64,000 bases of DNA from Octopus vulgaris (taxonomy: Eukaryota). The stretch lies in the NCBI GenBank assembly GCA_951406725.2, contig OX597815.1:54436001-54500000 (forward strand). The letters are read 5' to 3'. Of this stretch, positions 28,233-40,978 are shown in pieces. The translations under genes were made by a program, and so were the position numbers. Each line of letters starts with the position of its first letter. Positions within the stretch are counted from its first letter, which is position 1. The notes beneath the pieces are model-generated. The model saw only the letters and a program-made list of their open reading frames with translations, searched no databases and had not been told where the DNA came from.

Positions 28233-28370
28233 ACATTCGCTAGCTTTCTTAAAAAGGGGTCTAATGTTCTTAGCTTAGACTTTTTGTGAGGTAACCAGAT
28301 CGAACTGTCCCAAGTGTAACAGCCCAAAACAGTCGTGACTTCTGGGACTTGACTGAGGAAATGTGACTCA
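28233..28370 (+). ncRNA. Candidate structured RNA motif, copy A (see findings)
   Basis: Shares ordered blocks and stems with 63090-63245. Confidence 0.4.
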
Positions 28371-29674
28371 ACAAGAATGGATTTGTCAAAACATTATAGA
28401 GTGTATGAAGGAACATTATAGAGTGTATGTAAAATATCGAACATTAAACAGAATGAAATTGCCCAGAGTATACATTTTTATTTTTATTTTCAGAAACTAT
28501 TTATCTCTGTTGGTGTGAGTATAAATTTAATAATGAAGAAATAGACTCTAGAGAAACCTTTCTTTTTTATTTTATTTCTGCATCCTTCCAAAATTCGTAA
28601 TTCTTTCTCAAAGCCTTGATTCTTTTCATTGAAATGAGCATTAAATTTCAATTTATTTTACCTAGTTTCATATCTTTAAAATGTTCGTTTATTGGTAGAG
28701 CAAACCTATATACAAAATGTACCTTAATCACTACTAGTGGAACTTCTATTGAGTATATTTTACCAAAGTTACATATATTTGAAGATAAGTAATTTCTTAA
28801 AATACATAACGCCATCAGACTAGGAGGTAACTGAGATAATTGATACATAATAATAGTTATTGCCGGTATTGTGGTCTCACATGATATCGTGGCAATGGTT
28901 ACTTAGTCTGATAAGGATTAGTCTTAGGCTTGTCATGAGACAAATCGTTTCAACTAGATCCACACGATCACGAAACATCCATTTGGAGACACCGTGACGA
29001 TGACATTCGGAAGAGGTAGACGAAGTTTAGTCAAAGTCAGTAAGTTAGGAAAAGAAATGATGTGGCGAGTCAAGTAATGATGGCAGCCTAGAATGGGAGA
29101 GAGAAGTACTTTAAAGAAACTTGGAATATTAGATATTAATGGTAGGCCTAACAATAATGGTAACCTGATAATCTCACATGGAGATTCTGTATTCGTTAAA
29201 GACATGTAAGTCCTAATGAGCAAATACGTATTTGCAGCTTTGCAGCACACACATTTGCACACACGTGTACGCACAGACATACATGCACATAAGTATGGAA
29301 GCATATACACGACTGCACTGTGGCACACTTGTTTATTATTTGGTGACATTTTCACCTTGGAATACTTCTAATAGCATCCCAACGTACTGCGGTCTATTAC
29401 AATCTGAAGTGGGGCATTAAAAAAAGCTGCACATTTACTTCATTTTTAGAATGGCATATATTTGTTCACCACATATATTCAAGAAGTCATTATATCATTG
29501 TAACTGTTTGATAGTGTGTTAATCAAATTTCACTTTTTTCTTTTCTTTATTTTTTAAAAATAAGGTTAAGACATCATGTCTTTGCTTAAGTCCCAAACAA
29601 GACCCGAGGAAAAGCGAGCTAATGTTAGTGGTTTATTTCTAAAAGAAAGTGAAATGAACGGGACTCAAGAGAAA

Positions 29675-32600
29675 TAGTGAGGAAGATAATAGAAAAATCC
29701 ATTAAAAGGCGATACAAATATGCAGTCTGGTACACCTATAGTTTAGAACAAGCTCTTTAAGATAAGCATGATTTCCAACGTGAAAATTGAAAATGGCGGC
29801 CAACATCCAAGATGGCGTCCAATATGTAAGTTTAATAATTGCGATGAACAGGAGACAAATGTTATTATAAAAAGACGTTATTTATTATGCAATATTTTAA
29901 ACAATAGCCTTATATTTACCTTTTGAAGGATTTTTCTACTATCTCCTTCCCGAATTCAAGTTATACAGGTTTCATCATCAATCAAATGCATGGACAGGCA
30001 CAAAGGGAAGTACAAGGAAGAGCTGACTTTTCGCATGTGCAACGTCCTGCACACTTTTTAAGTGCTTTGCATTGTTCTGCTATGGCTCTTACTTTAATCT
30101 AGTGAATAGTGAATGTGCCACCGTCATTATTTTCCCACCCCCAGGCGATAGGTGATGGCAGTGCTGGCTTCGTTTGGAGAGCCTAGCCCCATATGTGCCC
30201 CGCCTGATATGTAGCTCATCAGACGTGCTGGAGAAAGTCTCCTCGCGTAGGTGGTATCGCATCATAGTGTCTGTTCTTTTTTGTAAACATGATTTTCCGG
30301 GCTTTATTTACAGACAACTCCGAACTGGAGCCGTCATACAGTAGAACAACGAATCGTTCTATTACTCGAATCTGATCCTCTGTGATGTCCGCACAAGGCG
30401 TAGGCAGCCGGCGAAATGTGTTATTGGCTTGAGGAAAAATGTCGGATGTTTGATTGCAGGATTTTTTGCCTCTTCTTTTAAAGGCATCCACTGCATTGTA
30501 AAATAATAAACCACAGATTTTCTCCCCAAGCTTACCGACTCTGCTGTGCACTGGTAATCATCTGCTTTTATCCACTCCGTCCACAACCTACAAGTGATCT
30601 AGACCACTTTTCTTCAAAACAGGGAATGCTGCCACAGCTATGGTGACTATATCAATATCATTTGCAAGGATGGTTGCTTTAGTGAAGTAGCTGTGCTTCA
30701 CACCATTCATGACATGGACAAAAATCCTAGAGTCAGCTTCTTCAAGAGAACATTCCCTGAATGCCCTTTCGACAGGAGTGTGTTTGTGGTGTGGTATATT
30801 AGTACTCATCATATTCCCCATTAAGGCGATATATCTCTGGCCCTGACACCAACCACCTTAGCAAGGCAGACTCATTTTCCCTGATACCTACAGCTCTTCT
30901 ATCTCTCTTGACTAGAGCATTATTTTGCTCATGTACTTGATCCACTCCGATGGAAGAGAAGGGTCTTTCTGTCTTGTGGATCACAAACCTTCCTGCTGCA
31001 AAATCTTCATTGGCAGATGGATTGGCTTCAGGCAGCTTTAGCATACCATTGATGTGCACAGACAACTATCTTGCATAATGGGTGCTACCATTGGCAAAGT
31101 ACAGCATCAAGGCATTCAGTGAGGTAAGATACCCTGTGAAATCTCCCACCCTGGTGGACCTAATAAGCCCGAGGATGATTACTTCCAGTCTGAGCACCAT
31201 GTTCCAGTACAAGAACTGAGGTTCCTGAGCTTCTCGTTCGGCACACCAACCATGAAAGCGCCTAGACTCATTACTTGCCTCATACGCCTTTTTTTAAGCT
31301 GATAGAAGCTACAGGCTGTACCTAATGTACTATTCTTGTTTTTCTTACACTGGCGGCAGACTAAAGAGACTCAGCTATGCCAAAAGCTCTGCAATGCCAG
31401 CTTCTTCAATCGCTGTTATCCACCCACTACTTTTGAGCGAATTACCAGCAACTCTTAAAGCAGCCATCTTAATGTACAGTGAGCCTATTAGTATCACAAA
31501 ACTGCCATAGGTTTGTGGCCACTTTCATTAAATCTGCTTGGCCAGTTCAAACAGTGGCTGATCTACAGCCCGAATTGGACTCTGACTTGGATTTAAGTGA
31601 TGCTTGACTTCTTTGGCCTTGTCCATGGCATGCTTTATAGCTGACACCTCGTTAGAATGCTCTCTTAGTAAGGACATAAGGGCAGACATGTTCACATCAA
31701 ACTGCAGATCTTACACTTGTTGACCATTGTGTGCTGACCATGTGACTTTAATGATATTGTCATACACTTCTGCAAGAGCTACTGACTGCAACTAGTCATA
31801 CTCAAGTTTTAGATTCGGCGCTAATGGTAGGGTGGGAATGTCACCCAAAGGTGATTTAGGGCACTTTTCCAGAAAAGCCGATTATACTTTCGTGTAGCTT
31901 TCTGGGAGCTCGGGAATCTTTATGATTTTTTTTCTTTAGAGCCAGTTCTGCTTGAGGCTCTCCTCTCGTAATACTCTGGAACAGAGAAATACTTGTTCCA
32001 TGGAATGATACTCTTGCTGTTGTTGTTTTTGGGTCATGGTTAATGTTATCAACAGCCGAAAGTGTGAACACATTATGTCATCTTCAACATACTGACTAAC
32101 GATACCTTCACCCAGCTGGTTTGATATTTCAAGTATTTGATCATATAAGACAGACAATCTGTGTTCAAACACTGTGTCCACTCGCTGTTTTTCCGAGTCC
32201 TTGAATAAAACAGTCCCAAATAAACAGATAAAGGTGATTCTCTCTTCTTCGTGTATCTATAACTTGTAGCTCTGAGTGTTTTTATTGGAACAAGTTAAAC
32301 TAAAGCAATTGAGCCATTACAAAATCAGCTTTTGACACACCACTTTCCATTTGTGCCTTGATACCTGATCCGTTGGCAAGACAAGTGATAAGATGTTGCT
32401 GCTCGGGTGAGACACTTGAGTTTAAGTACTGGCTATCAACCCCTTCCCCCATAGAATGCACTAGAGCATTGCAGCACCTTGTTTTTTGAATTAAGTATGG
32501 CTTCATCATAGTTCATCATGTCTGAAGATAGAATTGGTCCAATGTAATTTTGGAAAGCTATTATCATGTCGTCTCTTCCACTCTTATATGCCTCTACCTC

Positions 32601-33755
32601 TGGAGCATGGAACAAGATCCTCTCCTTCAGTCTAGTAGCATTCATATTTTCTTGTGATACACCTAATTGAACAAGCTGTTCACAGTACATTTTTGTTTGA
32701 TCCGGCAGTCGGAATACAGTCACTTGATCAGCACCGGCAGACATATGTAGCAATGTAGATGATACTTTAGCTTTTAGGCAACTGCATTAGGGTCACTAAG
32801 CTTGGCTTGCAGTTTGCTGTTAGTCAGTGAAATCTCCTTTAGTGATACATCAATCTGCATTGTTGATGCATGCCTCAAATTTTCTTGAATGTCCTTCTTT
32901 TCACGGATGAAACAAATATTCTTTTTTGTGTAGGTGCGCTGCCTTTTGGTCCTTTCTTCGTTTCTGTTAAGACCCTCTGTCGCACTCTCTTTTTACTTGC
33001 TCTCACCACTTTTGTTTCTCTGAACATCAAGAAACAGCTGAGGTTGTACTTTCTCTTTAGTGTCTCCTGTATGCCAAGATTGCCTTTATCTAGCCTGGCC
33101 GGATTGATGGGTATGGGAAGGCCACTAAGTTCACATAGTACAGAAATATTTTTGTGCAGAGTCTTGTAGCCATTGCTGTTGTGGAGGCGATGGTAATCAG
33201 CTTGTTGAAGTTTCTGCGTAGTGGCTTCTTGGCATAGGCAATACTTTGTCCAGTCCGTGGGGATGTGTACACTTGACATGTTCATACCAGCAAAATTGAA
33301 ACATATCAGATATGACAATATGTTACAATGTCTAAGAGTATTGTTCTAAAAATAAAATAAACAGCCTTGAAAGACTCTGAAACAACAGAAGTTCAACAAG
33401 GTTATTTATGTTAATTTTATTGTAAATTCTTAAACATTTAAGTAATAACTTAATTTACATAGATTCTTTATATAATAAATTGGTGTTCTTATTTTACGAA
33501 TGTTGAGTATGTGTGCATTTGTGTTTGATCGGATTTATGCCTCGTTATACTTAGCCAGCTGTAGTTCGGTGTGGCAGGGACAGTGTGTGTGTGACCGTTG
33601 ATGAGAGTGATTGTGATGACCGCCATTTTCAATTTTCATGTTGGCAATCATGCCTATCTGAAAAAGCATGTTTTAAATTTGAAGTGTGCCAAATTGAATA
33701 TTTGTATCACATTCTGAAGGATTCTTACAATATTTGACGTTTATCCTGTTCACTA
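29675..33755 (-). mobile_element. Academ (XPG-type, AcademX) DNA transposon with both ends, degenerate ORF
   Basis: 5'-TAGTG...CACTA-3' termini, imperfect TIRs of about 125-135 bp, AAA 3-bp TSD. Broken minus-strand ORF with VDNINH, DQVHEQNNALVK, LEEADSRIFVH, ANDIDIV (XPG/PIN-like), IPPT and C-terminal CTCEKSALPCTSLCAC. Matches the published Academ definition. Confidence 0.85.
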
Positions 33756-33949
33756 AAAATATGTGTAGTAGACAAAAAATTTCTAAACATTTATCAGTAA
33801 ACTGAGAATAACGAACAAAAAATCCAGTTATGTATGTTCTTAGAGACAATGTTTTTGTTTATGAAACAAGCAACAGAAAACTTGATCCCCTAATTAACTG
33901 CAAATAATCTCTTCTCAAAACTCAGAAAAAGCTATTCAAATGAAGAAAA

Positions 33950-34410
33950 TGTAAAATATGGCTTCATTTCCTCAATAATAGCGAAGCACCCTACACTCTC
34001 AACATGATGCATGACTTGCAATGTAAAATAAAGCAAGCAGTACATGGCTCCTTCAAAACTCTGCGAATTCTGTATTTGTCACAAGACTAAGGATCTGTAT
34101 CTATAGAGTTTTTCTACAAATTGCAAGCCTGGAAAAAGATTCTTATTAAAGACAAGCAGGCGCACATTCATATCAGGCCTCTATAACCACGCCATCACTG
34201 TTGTTCAAGAGCCAAAACATATCCCATCCAACATTCTAACATCTAAAAACCCAAAACTAATCCATACCACTGTTCAAGACATTGATTTTACTATTTAATT
34301 TATTTATATAATGTCTGACTTATTAGAAATAAGGCTGGTCTCTTAACTTGAAACCCTGCATTTCAGCCGTCGTATGCTGACAGTAGGCCCCGAAACGTTC
34401 TCTCCTGATG
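33950..34410 (+). mobile_element. Possible PLE 3' remnant ending in a decayed hammerhead-like motif
   Basis: CEFCICH-like Cys motif near 34062; ctgacagtaggccccGAAACGTT at 34377-34399. Confidence 0.3.
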
Positions 34411-34599
34411 ACCCCATTCACTTGTTGGCTTCCGGAGTTTGGAGCTCTTGACTGGTAGCACTTGCATATGCAAGCTGTTTACAAAGCATCATAATATACA
34501 CTTCATATACTACCGCTGATATTGGCTACTCTATCTTCAATTTACCCGTACTCAAGTATATTTACGTATACACGCACACAAATGCACGCGCGCGCGCAT

Positions 34600-34699
<100 letters not shown>

Positions 34700-34872
34700 C
34701 GGAGTAAATGCGCTAAGCAGTGTTTACGTATAATCACAATTTAGGCCGGTTGCAATATGTCACATTTTCGATGAATTTGGCAAAACTGTACAAAAATAAT
34801 TCAAATGCTTTGATAATTGCTCGTCTTTTTACATATATTAGTGTGTAAACTGTAATATAGGTATATGTATAA

Positions 34873-34927
<55 letters not shown>

Positions 34928-34996
34928 GGAGTAAACACATAAATGTGAAACAAGGTGGAAAAAAGAGTACTCAAATACCAGTGGTAGAGTAATATG

Positions 34997-35208
34997 CTTT
35001 ATTTTAAGCAGCAGAAAATTCAACAAAATCTGTTACTCTGAGTTTCTCGTTGCCGTTCATCAGACAGTTTTTGCTAGAATGGAACTGATATATCAATTCC
35101 ACTTTGAATTGATATATCAGTTCCATTCTAGCAAAAATTGTCTGATGAACGGCAACGAGAAACTCAGAGTAACAGATTTTGTTGAATTTTCTGCTGCTTA
35201 AAATAAAG
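34997..35208. repeat. Near-perfect palindrome (103-bp arms, 6-nt spacer) of a PLE pLTR; each arm carries a hammerhead motif
   Basis: 34997-35099 is the reverse complement of 35106-35208, with one mismatch found by eye. Confidence 0.95.
35138..35175 (+). ncRNA. Minimal type I hammerhead ribozyme motif (mirror copy on the minus strand at about 35030-35067)
   Basis: ttgt-CTGATGA-aCG-gcaa-CGa-GAAA-CTC-a-GAG-TA-acag; GUA cleavage triplet, GNRA loop II, near-palindromic stem III. Confidence 0.7.
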
Positions 35209-36104
35209 TATATATATATATATTAAATATATAAATACATACAAAAGTTGATAATGATGATAACAACAATGATGCCGTGAAGGATGTGAATGTTTGTGGT
35301 AGCACTTGATCTGTTCGACTTTCTGACGACATTCTAAACATTTCCATCTTCCAGTGTTGTACTTTCGTTCCTGTCTTTAATGTCGTTGCTACAGTTGTTG
35401 GTGTTCCCAAAGTTAAAATATACATATCTATTACTAAAGTTCCATTAAAAAATCTTCGCAAACTGTTTCTTTTTTCCTATTAAACAAAATTTGCAAGGTA
35501 GGTGACAGCTTTAATATTAGCACTACTAAGTCTAGTATTGCTCTCATGCAATGCTTTTCACTCTTCGAACGTTGAACCTGCTGACATATTGAATTTTATA
35601 AAACGTTTCTCAACTGCTATATGCATATAACAAGGGAAAATACCTGGAACAAGAAAAATATATCTTGGCAAATTATTTTAAAATCCCGCAGAAAAATGCA
35701 CAACTAAAACCTCAGGATTCAAAAATATGCACAGCATACATAAAATAACACTTCTGCAAATATATCACGCAGGCTTTTTGCAATACAATAGAAAGCGTTG
35801 GAGATAAAGAAAAAATACATATCCAGAGCGCCTGCAGCGCGGTGCTTGCAATGAAAACAAGATATATATGACTACAGTAGTAGGATTAGTTTCTGATTTA
35901 GGCTCAAGGCCAGTAGTTTGGTGAAGGAAATGGGATTAGTAGGTATTATAGGCCCTAGTGCTTCACTGGCTTTTTATATTTCCAACTCCGAAAGGATGGA
36001 AAACAAAACTGACTTCGACTTCGAAGAAAGGCAGCAGTTTTAAGGGAAAGAATAAGTCGACTACACTGACCTCAGTGCTGATATATCTATATCTGTTAAA
36101 GAGA

Positions 36105-36136
<32 letters not shown>

Positions 36137-37334
36137 CTGTGTCTGTGTCTGTGCGTGTGTGTGCGCGTGTGTACGTTCCTTATGCATTCCAAAACCGAGT
36201 TGCCGATTTTGACGTGAGGTATCAATAGATTCAGTAAGCTCTCGGTTACCAACTAAACTATATTTTTATTCACATATTTACATTAAAAAAATTTAACATT
36301 ATAATTTTTGTTTAGTCACCAATCGTAAACGCCATTTTATACCACCACCTCAACGACGGTGACGTCACATTTTCTATATGAGTGTGTTCACGCTTTCGTT
36401 ACGTGCTTTAGGCCGATGACTGACAAGTATATGCCTATGATGGTTTATGTGTCTGTCAGTATACATAAATTTTTGTGACGACTGACACACCCACACACAT
36501 TTAAAAACAGGGACAGACGCACACAGGGTCAGAAATAGGCTTGAAGTGTGCGTTAATGTATTTTGTGTGTGTATGTGTCTTAGTATATGTACGTGACTTT
36601 ACCCCTACCCCCACCAACAGTGAAACGTGCCGATTTTGAAACAGTTTAGTTGCGGCCTGGACTTTAAACGAACAACAGCGTTCACTTTGAAGTAATACCA
36701 GCCAGCATGAAGATTTGGCTCATTTGACAGCACTCACAATATTCGCTAATATATCTGAAAAATAAGTTATTCCAAACAAATTTGGAAACTTGGCGAAGTA
36801 GAAAGCCTCAGCGGCTTTTTCAATATAATTACAGAAATGTTATTCTATTCCTTCTAACCAGTTTGAAGATAATGCCTTTTTAACAGTCCTTATCTTGCTA
36901 CATACCTCCTTCAACAAATGTTTTAAATTAACGTTCATAACAGCAGCATATTCCTTTCTATACACTTTGTTCAGCGTTCATTTCCAAATCTTTTTGTATG
37001 AAAAATTGAATTATGCCTTCTGAATTTTCTTGGGCTTTCACTTTCTTCACCGTGACATTCATTCAATCGTGAATTTTATAACATTTAGTACGTGTTCCAA
37101 ATAAATGTTGATCTTTGCTAAATTGGTGACTTCCCATTTTTTATAGCATAACTATGCTACAGAAAGTATGTTTTGCACCTATATTGACTACATTTGGTTT
37201 CGCTTGAACTTCGTGTGTGTATGTTTTGCTGTTTTCAATATCATCAATTCTATGAGTGTATATGTGTCTATGAGAGTTTGTTTCTGCGTTCCATACGTCT
37301 ATAGTAAACTATAGTAAAGAACATTTTTCGCTGT

Positions 37335-37620
37335 TTTACTGAGCTCACATTTAATGATGTAGCTATCCTTATGGTTGATGATCCCCTTGAAAATCCTGAT
37401 ATTCTCATTCGTGTTCGAGACAACCGTAAACGTTTTTCATAGACTCATCCCTCTTATGATGCTCTCTACTATCCTCTTATTCTGTAGAATGGACAAGATG
37501 GGTATCATTTTAATACTCCACGGATTGAACCTGCAACAGGAGAGCCAATTACAAACAAAAAGGTGTCGTCAAGTAATTTCTATTCTTACCAACTGATGTT
37601 AAAACCAGAACAATCAAATC
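37335..37620 (+). pseudogene. Helitron RepHel coding fragment
   Basis: Manual translation FNDVAILMVDDPLENPDILIRVRDN...THPSYDALYYPLIL*NGQDGYHFN...KKVSSSNFYSYQLM matches the HRSYDALQYP...GEDG...YSYRLM region of RepHel proteins; two stops. Confidence 0.8.
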
Positions 37621-38019
37621 AATCACACATGTCAAATAAACTTTATTTTCATTTACATATTTTCTACGTTATCTCAACAGCTAGCTATAGTTATTTGAAA
37701 TACACTTCTTTACAACGACCAGGTTTCATTAGTAAGTGGAAATAATTTCACACTTTCAATTTGAACCAAAATTACAAAGTGTCGAGTTACGAGAGTGACG
37801 ATATGGGAATAATGAAAATTGCGATTCTCCGAATTAGTCACATATGTCTTATAATAAAGAAAGCTGCTTATTATCTATCTACCAAATAAACTATGTCTTT
37901 GGAACAACAGCTTTTTTTTTACAACTAAAATAACCTCGGCAACTAGGACAATTTACTTCTGATGTTTCACTTTTGTCCAATGTTTCACGCTTGCATAGAA
38001 TTCTAATCGAATGTTGAGC

Positions 38020-39285
38020 GATTACTTGAAAAAAGTCTGGCGAAGTGGAGGACGGAATTGATAGCATGTGGAAGAGGTGTAGGGACAATAGAAATCAGGA
38101 GAGGCATCTTCCAAGGGGACTGCCTGTCTCCACTGGTCTTTGTGTTCTGTGCATAATACAACTAACATTGATTCTCAGGAAAGCAAAAGCTGGCTATGTA
38201 TTCAAGAGTCGCCAACAAAAAAAAAAATCAACCACATGTTATTCATGGATGACCTCAAACTTTATAGTAAAGATGAATCCCAAGTCAGTTCCCTTGTTGA
38301 TATGGTGTATACTTTTAGTGCTGATATCAGAATGCAGTTCGGACTGAAAAAGAGTGGTGTATTAGTCTTGAAGAGAGGCAAAATCAAATATATGGGCGTG
38401 CTAGCGATACCGTCGGGGGAGGTTATGAAGCAAATTGAAAAGGCGGGCTTTAAGTACTCGGGGATACTGGAAATGGATAAATTGATTTTGTTCCCGTAGT
38501 TTCAGCTCAAAGATGCGGCTGTGCTGATGCACCGCGGAGAAGGAAATGACAGAAAAATTTAAGGTGGAATACTTGCGCAGACTGAGACTGATCCTTAAGT
38601 CGAATTTAAACAGATGAAATAAAATTGAAGCTATCAATACCTGGACGGTTTCACTCCTTAGATATGGAGTAGGGATAATCGCATGGACAGTAGACGAACT
38701 AAACAGCTTAGACAGAATAACGAGGAAATTGCTGATTACATATGGGATACTCCACCCAAAATGTGACAAAGACAGACAGACTGTATGCATCAAGAAAAAG
38801 AGGGGGAAGAGAACTGATCGAATACGTACACAGTATTAGAGCAGAAGAAAACAACATAGTATGGTGTGTAAAAATTGCCACAGAACAACTATTATAGGAC
38901 GTATGAAGGTCAGACTTGTGTAGGATGGAAGATTGCGAAGATAAAGCACTGTACAAATACTTGAGAATGAATGAAACTGAAAATAGGTGGATTAAGAAAA
39001 GAATGCATGGAAAATTTCATAGGGATGTTGAAGATAAGACAGACAGAAAAAAAGATGGCTATGGATGACTAAAAGTGATTTAAAACCGGAAACGGAGGCT
39101 CTGATCTGTGCTGCCTAAGATCTAGCACTAAGAACGAATTACATTAAATACAGAATAGACAACACAGCAGAAAGTGATAAGTGCAAAATTTGTGGACAAA
39201 TTGGTGAAACCGTATGGCATATTACCAGTCAATGTACGCTACTAGCCCAGAAACAATATAAGAGATGTCATGACAATGTAGCAAA
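38020..39285 (+). mobile_element. R4/Dong-like non-LTR RT to zinc-finger fragment (second family)
   Basis: IRRGIFQGDCLSPL, INHMLFMDDLKLY, MQFGLKK and CKICGQIGETVWHITSQC; interrupted near 38485-38535 by a short LINE/SINE 3' tail in the opposite orientation. Confidence 0.85.
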
Positions 39286-40936
39286 CTGGAGACTGCTGAA
39301 ATGTTGTAAAACGAATATTAAAAAATACGAACACTAGGGTTGAAATTCCAATAACAAAATGAAATATTGGCATTTCACTGTAAAAATATCAAAATCTAAA
39401 ATTCTGAATTGCTTAAGAAGCATTCTTCTTATTTGTCTAGAATATTCCTTCCCTTTTCCAACTGAAAATATTATGATCAATTCCACTGAATATTTTGAGA
39501 TTTTATTTTTGAAAGGTAACTTGGATTTCATTTTCTATCCTTCTATCATTTCTATCAAGCTGTACACAGGTATAGAGATAGAAAAATAGAGATAGAGAGG
39601 GAGGAAGTGAATGTGATATGTGATGTATTTATACTGTGAATTAAACCTTGAAATTATATTTAGTTACTTTAAATAATTTTTCTGTGGATAGAAGGCACTT
39701 CGGTAAATTTACTAGCAATGTATTTGGTATGACAAGAAGTTTAGAGGCGAAGTTTTTTTACTTGGGATGATATTAACTTCCGATGAAGTTACCAAGCGGG
39801 AGAATTCAATAGGTTATTGAATAGCAGGTAGTAAATTCACCATAATGTAAATACATGCCCAGAATTTTCAGAGTCCTACTGCAAAATGCTATGCAACTAG
39901 GATTATAAATACAGCAATCATAAAGTAAATTCCAATCATCATTGGAAAGCTTGCTACAGATTTATGTAACAGATTTTTGCAAATTTACATAAAAATTAGC
40001 AGTGTCATAAAAAAAATCAACTAAATAAAAATATTATTAAAATTCACTGTCGAAATCCTAATAATAAAATAATAAAATCCTAAGAGAATTTGATAAAATT
40101 TGCCATATTTAGTTACAGTTGCGTTTCTGTAAATTGTACGAACCAATCACACCTCTCACGCCGTTAAAACAAGAAGTGTCTGTTAAGTACCAGGATTGAT
40201 TTAATCGACTGCACTGAGATCCAATGGAGGGTCAGAAATAACTTCACAAGGGAAAATGTATCGAGAATTGAAACTAGTCAAAGTGAAATTAGGGTACAGC
40301 CCTCAAAATGTTGAATAAAGAAAAATAGCATATCAATAACAGTTGGGGACAACTAATATTACTACATATGTCGTTCTTTTCTCACTAAAAAATTGATAAC
40401 AGATAGAAAAAAATAGCATTTTCTTTTCTCAATAATCAATACATAAAATGTGTTCATAATAAAATACAAATAAATAATGACAAGGTAACAGAAAAGAAAC
40501 TTTAATTGGCAAAAATTACGAAATTAAATGTTACAAAAGCAGGATGACAAAAGAGCGGTGATCCAGTATGAAATGGATCAGTTAAAGGCATAAAACTTTA
40601 TATCCACACCACATACTGAACTTAATCAAGACCATTCAACACTTTGGAACGGTTTTCTGGGTGAATCTGTCATTAACGCTCACATACTGCTTTACTAACA
40701 TTTTTGGAGTATTTACATCATTTAAGTGTCTGTCACTTCTTCGAAATTCTTGCTTTGATTATTTCATAAATTTGAATAGTCATATTTCTACCATTTCTGT
40801 GAATTAAAAGCGAAAATGAGAATACATTAGAATCCGGTTCCAATTATCTGTCAATCCATTCCTCTCTTTATCTTTGTCACTCACTCTCTCTCCTTCTTTT
40901 TCTCCCTCTCTCATATAGACATATACAAACACACGC

Positions 40937-40978
<42 letters not shown>

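Noticed and set aside
28300-28330. Twister ribozyme suggested by GTCCCAAG
   Set aside because: The flanking twister helices and pseudoknots cannot be built, and the octamer is absent from the second copy.
40690-40800. Minus-strand splice acceptor (ttttaattcacag) and possible exon
   Set aside because: All frames close within about 20 codons and there is no other support.
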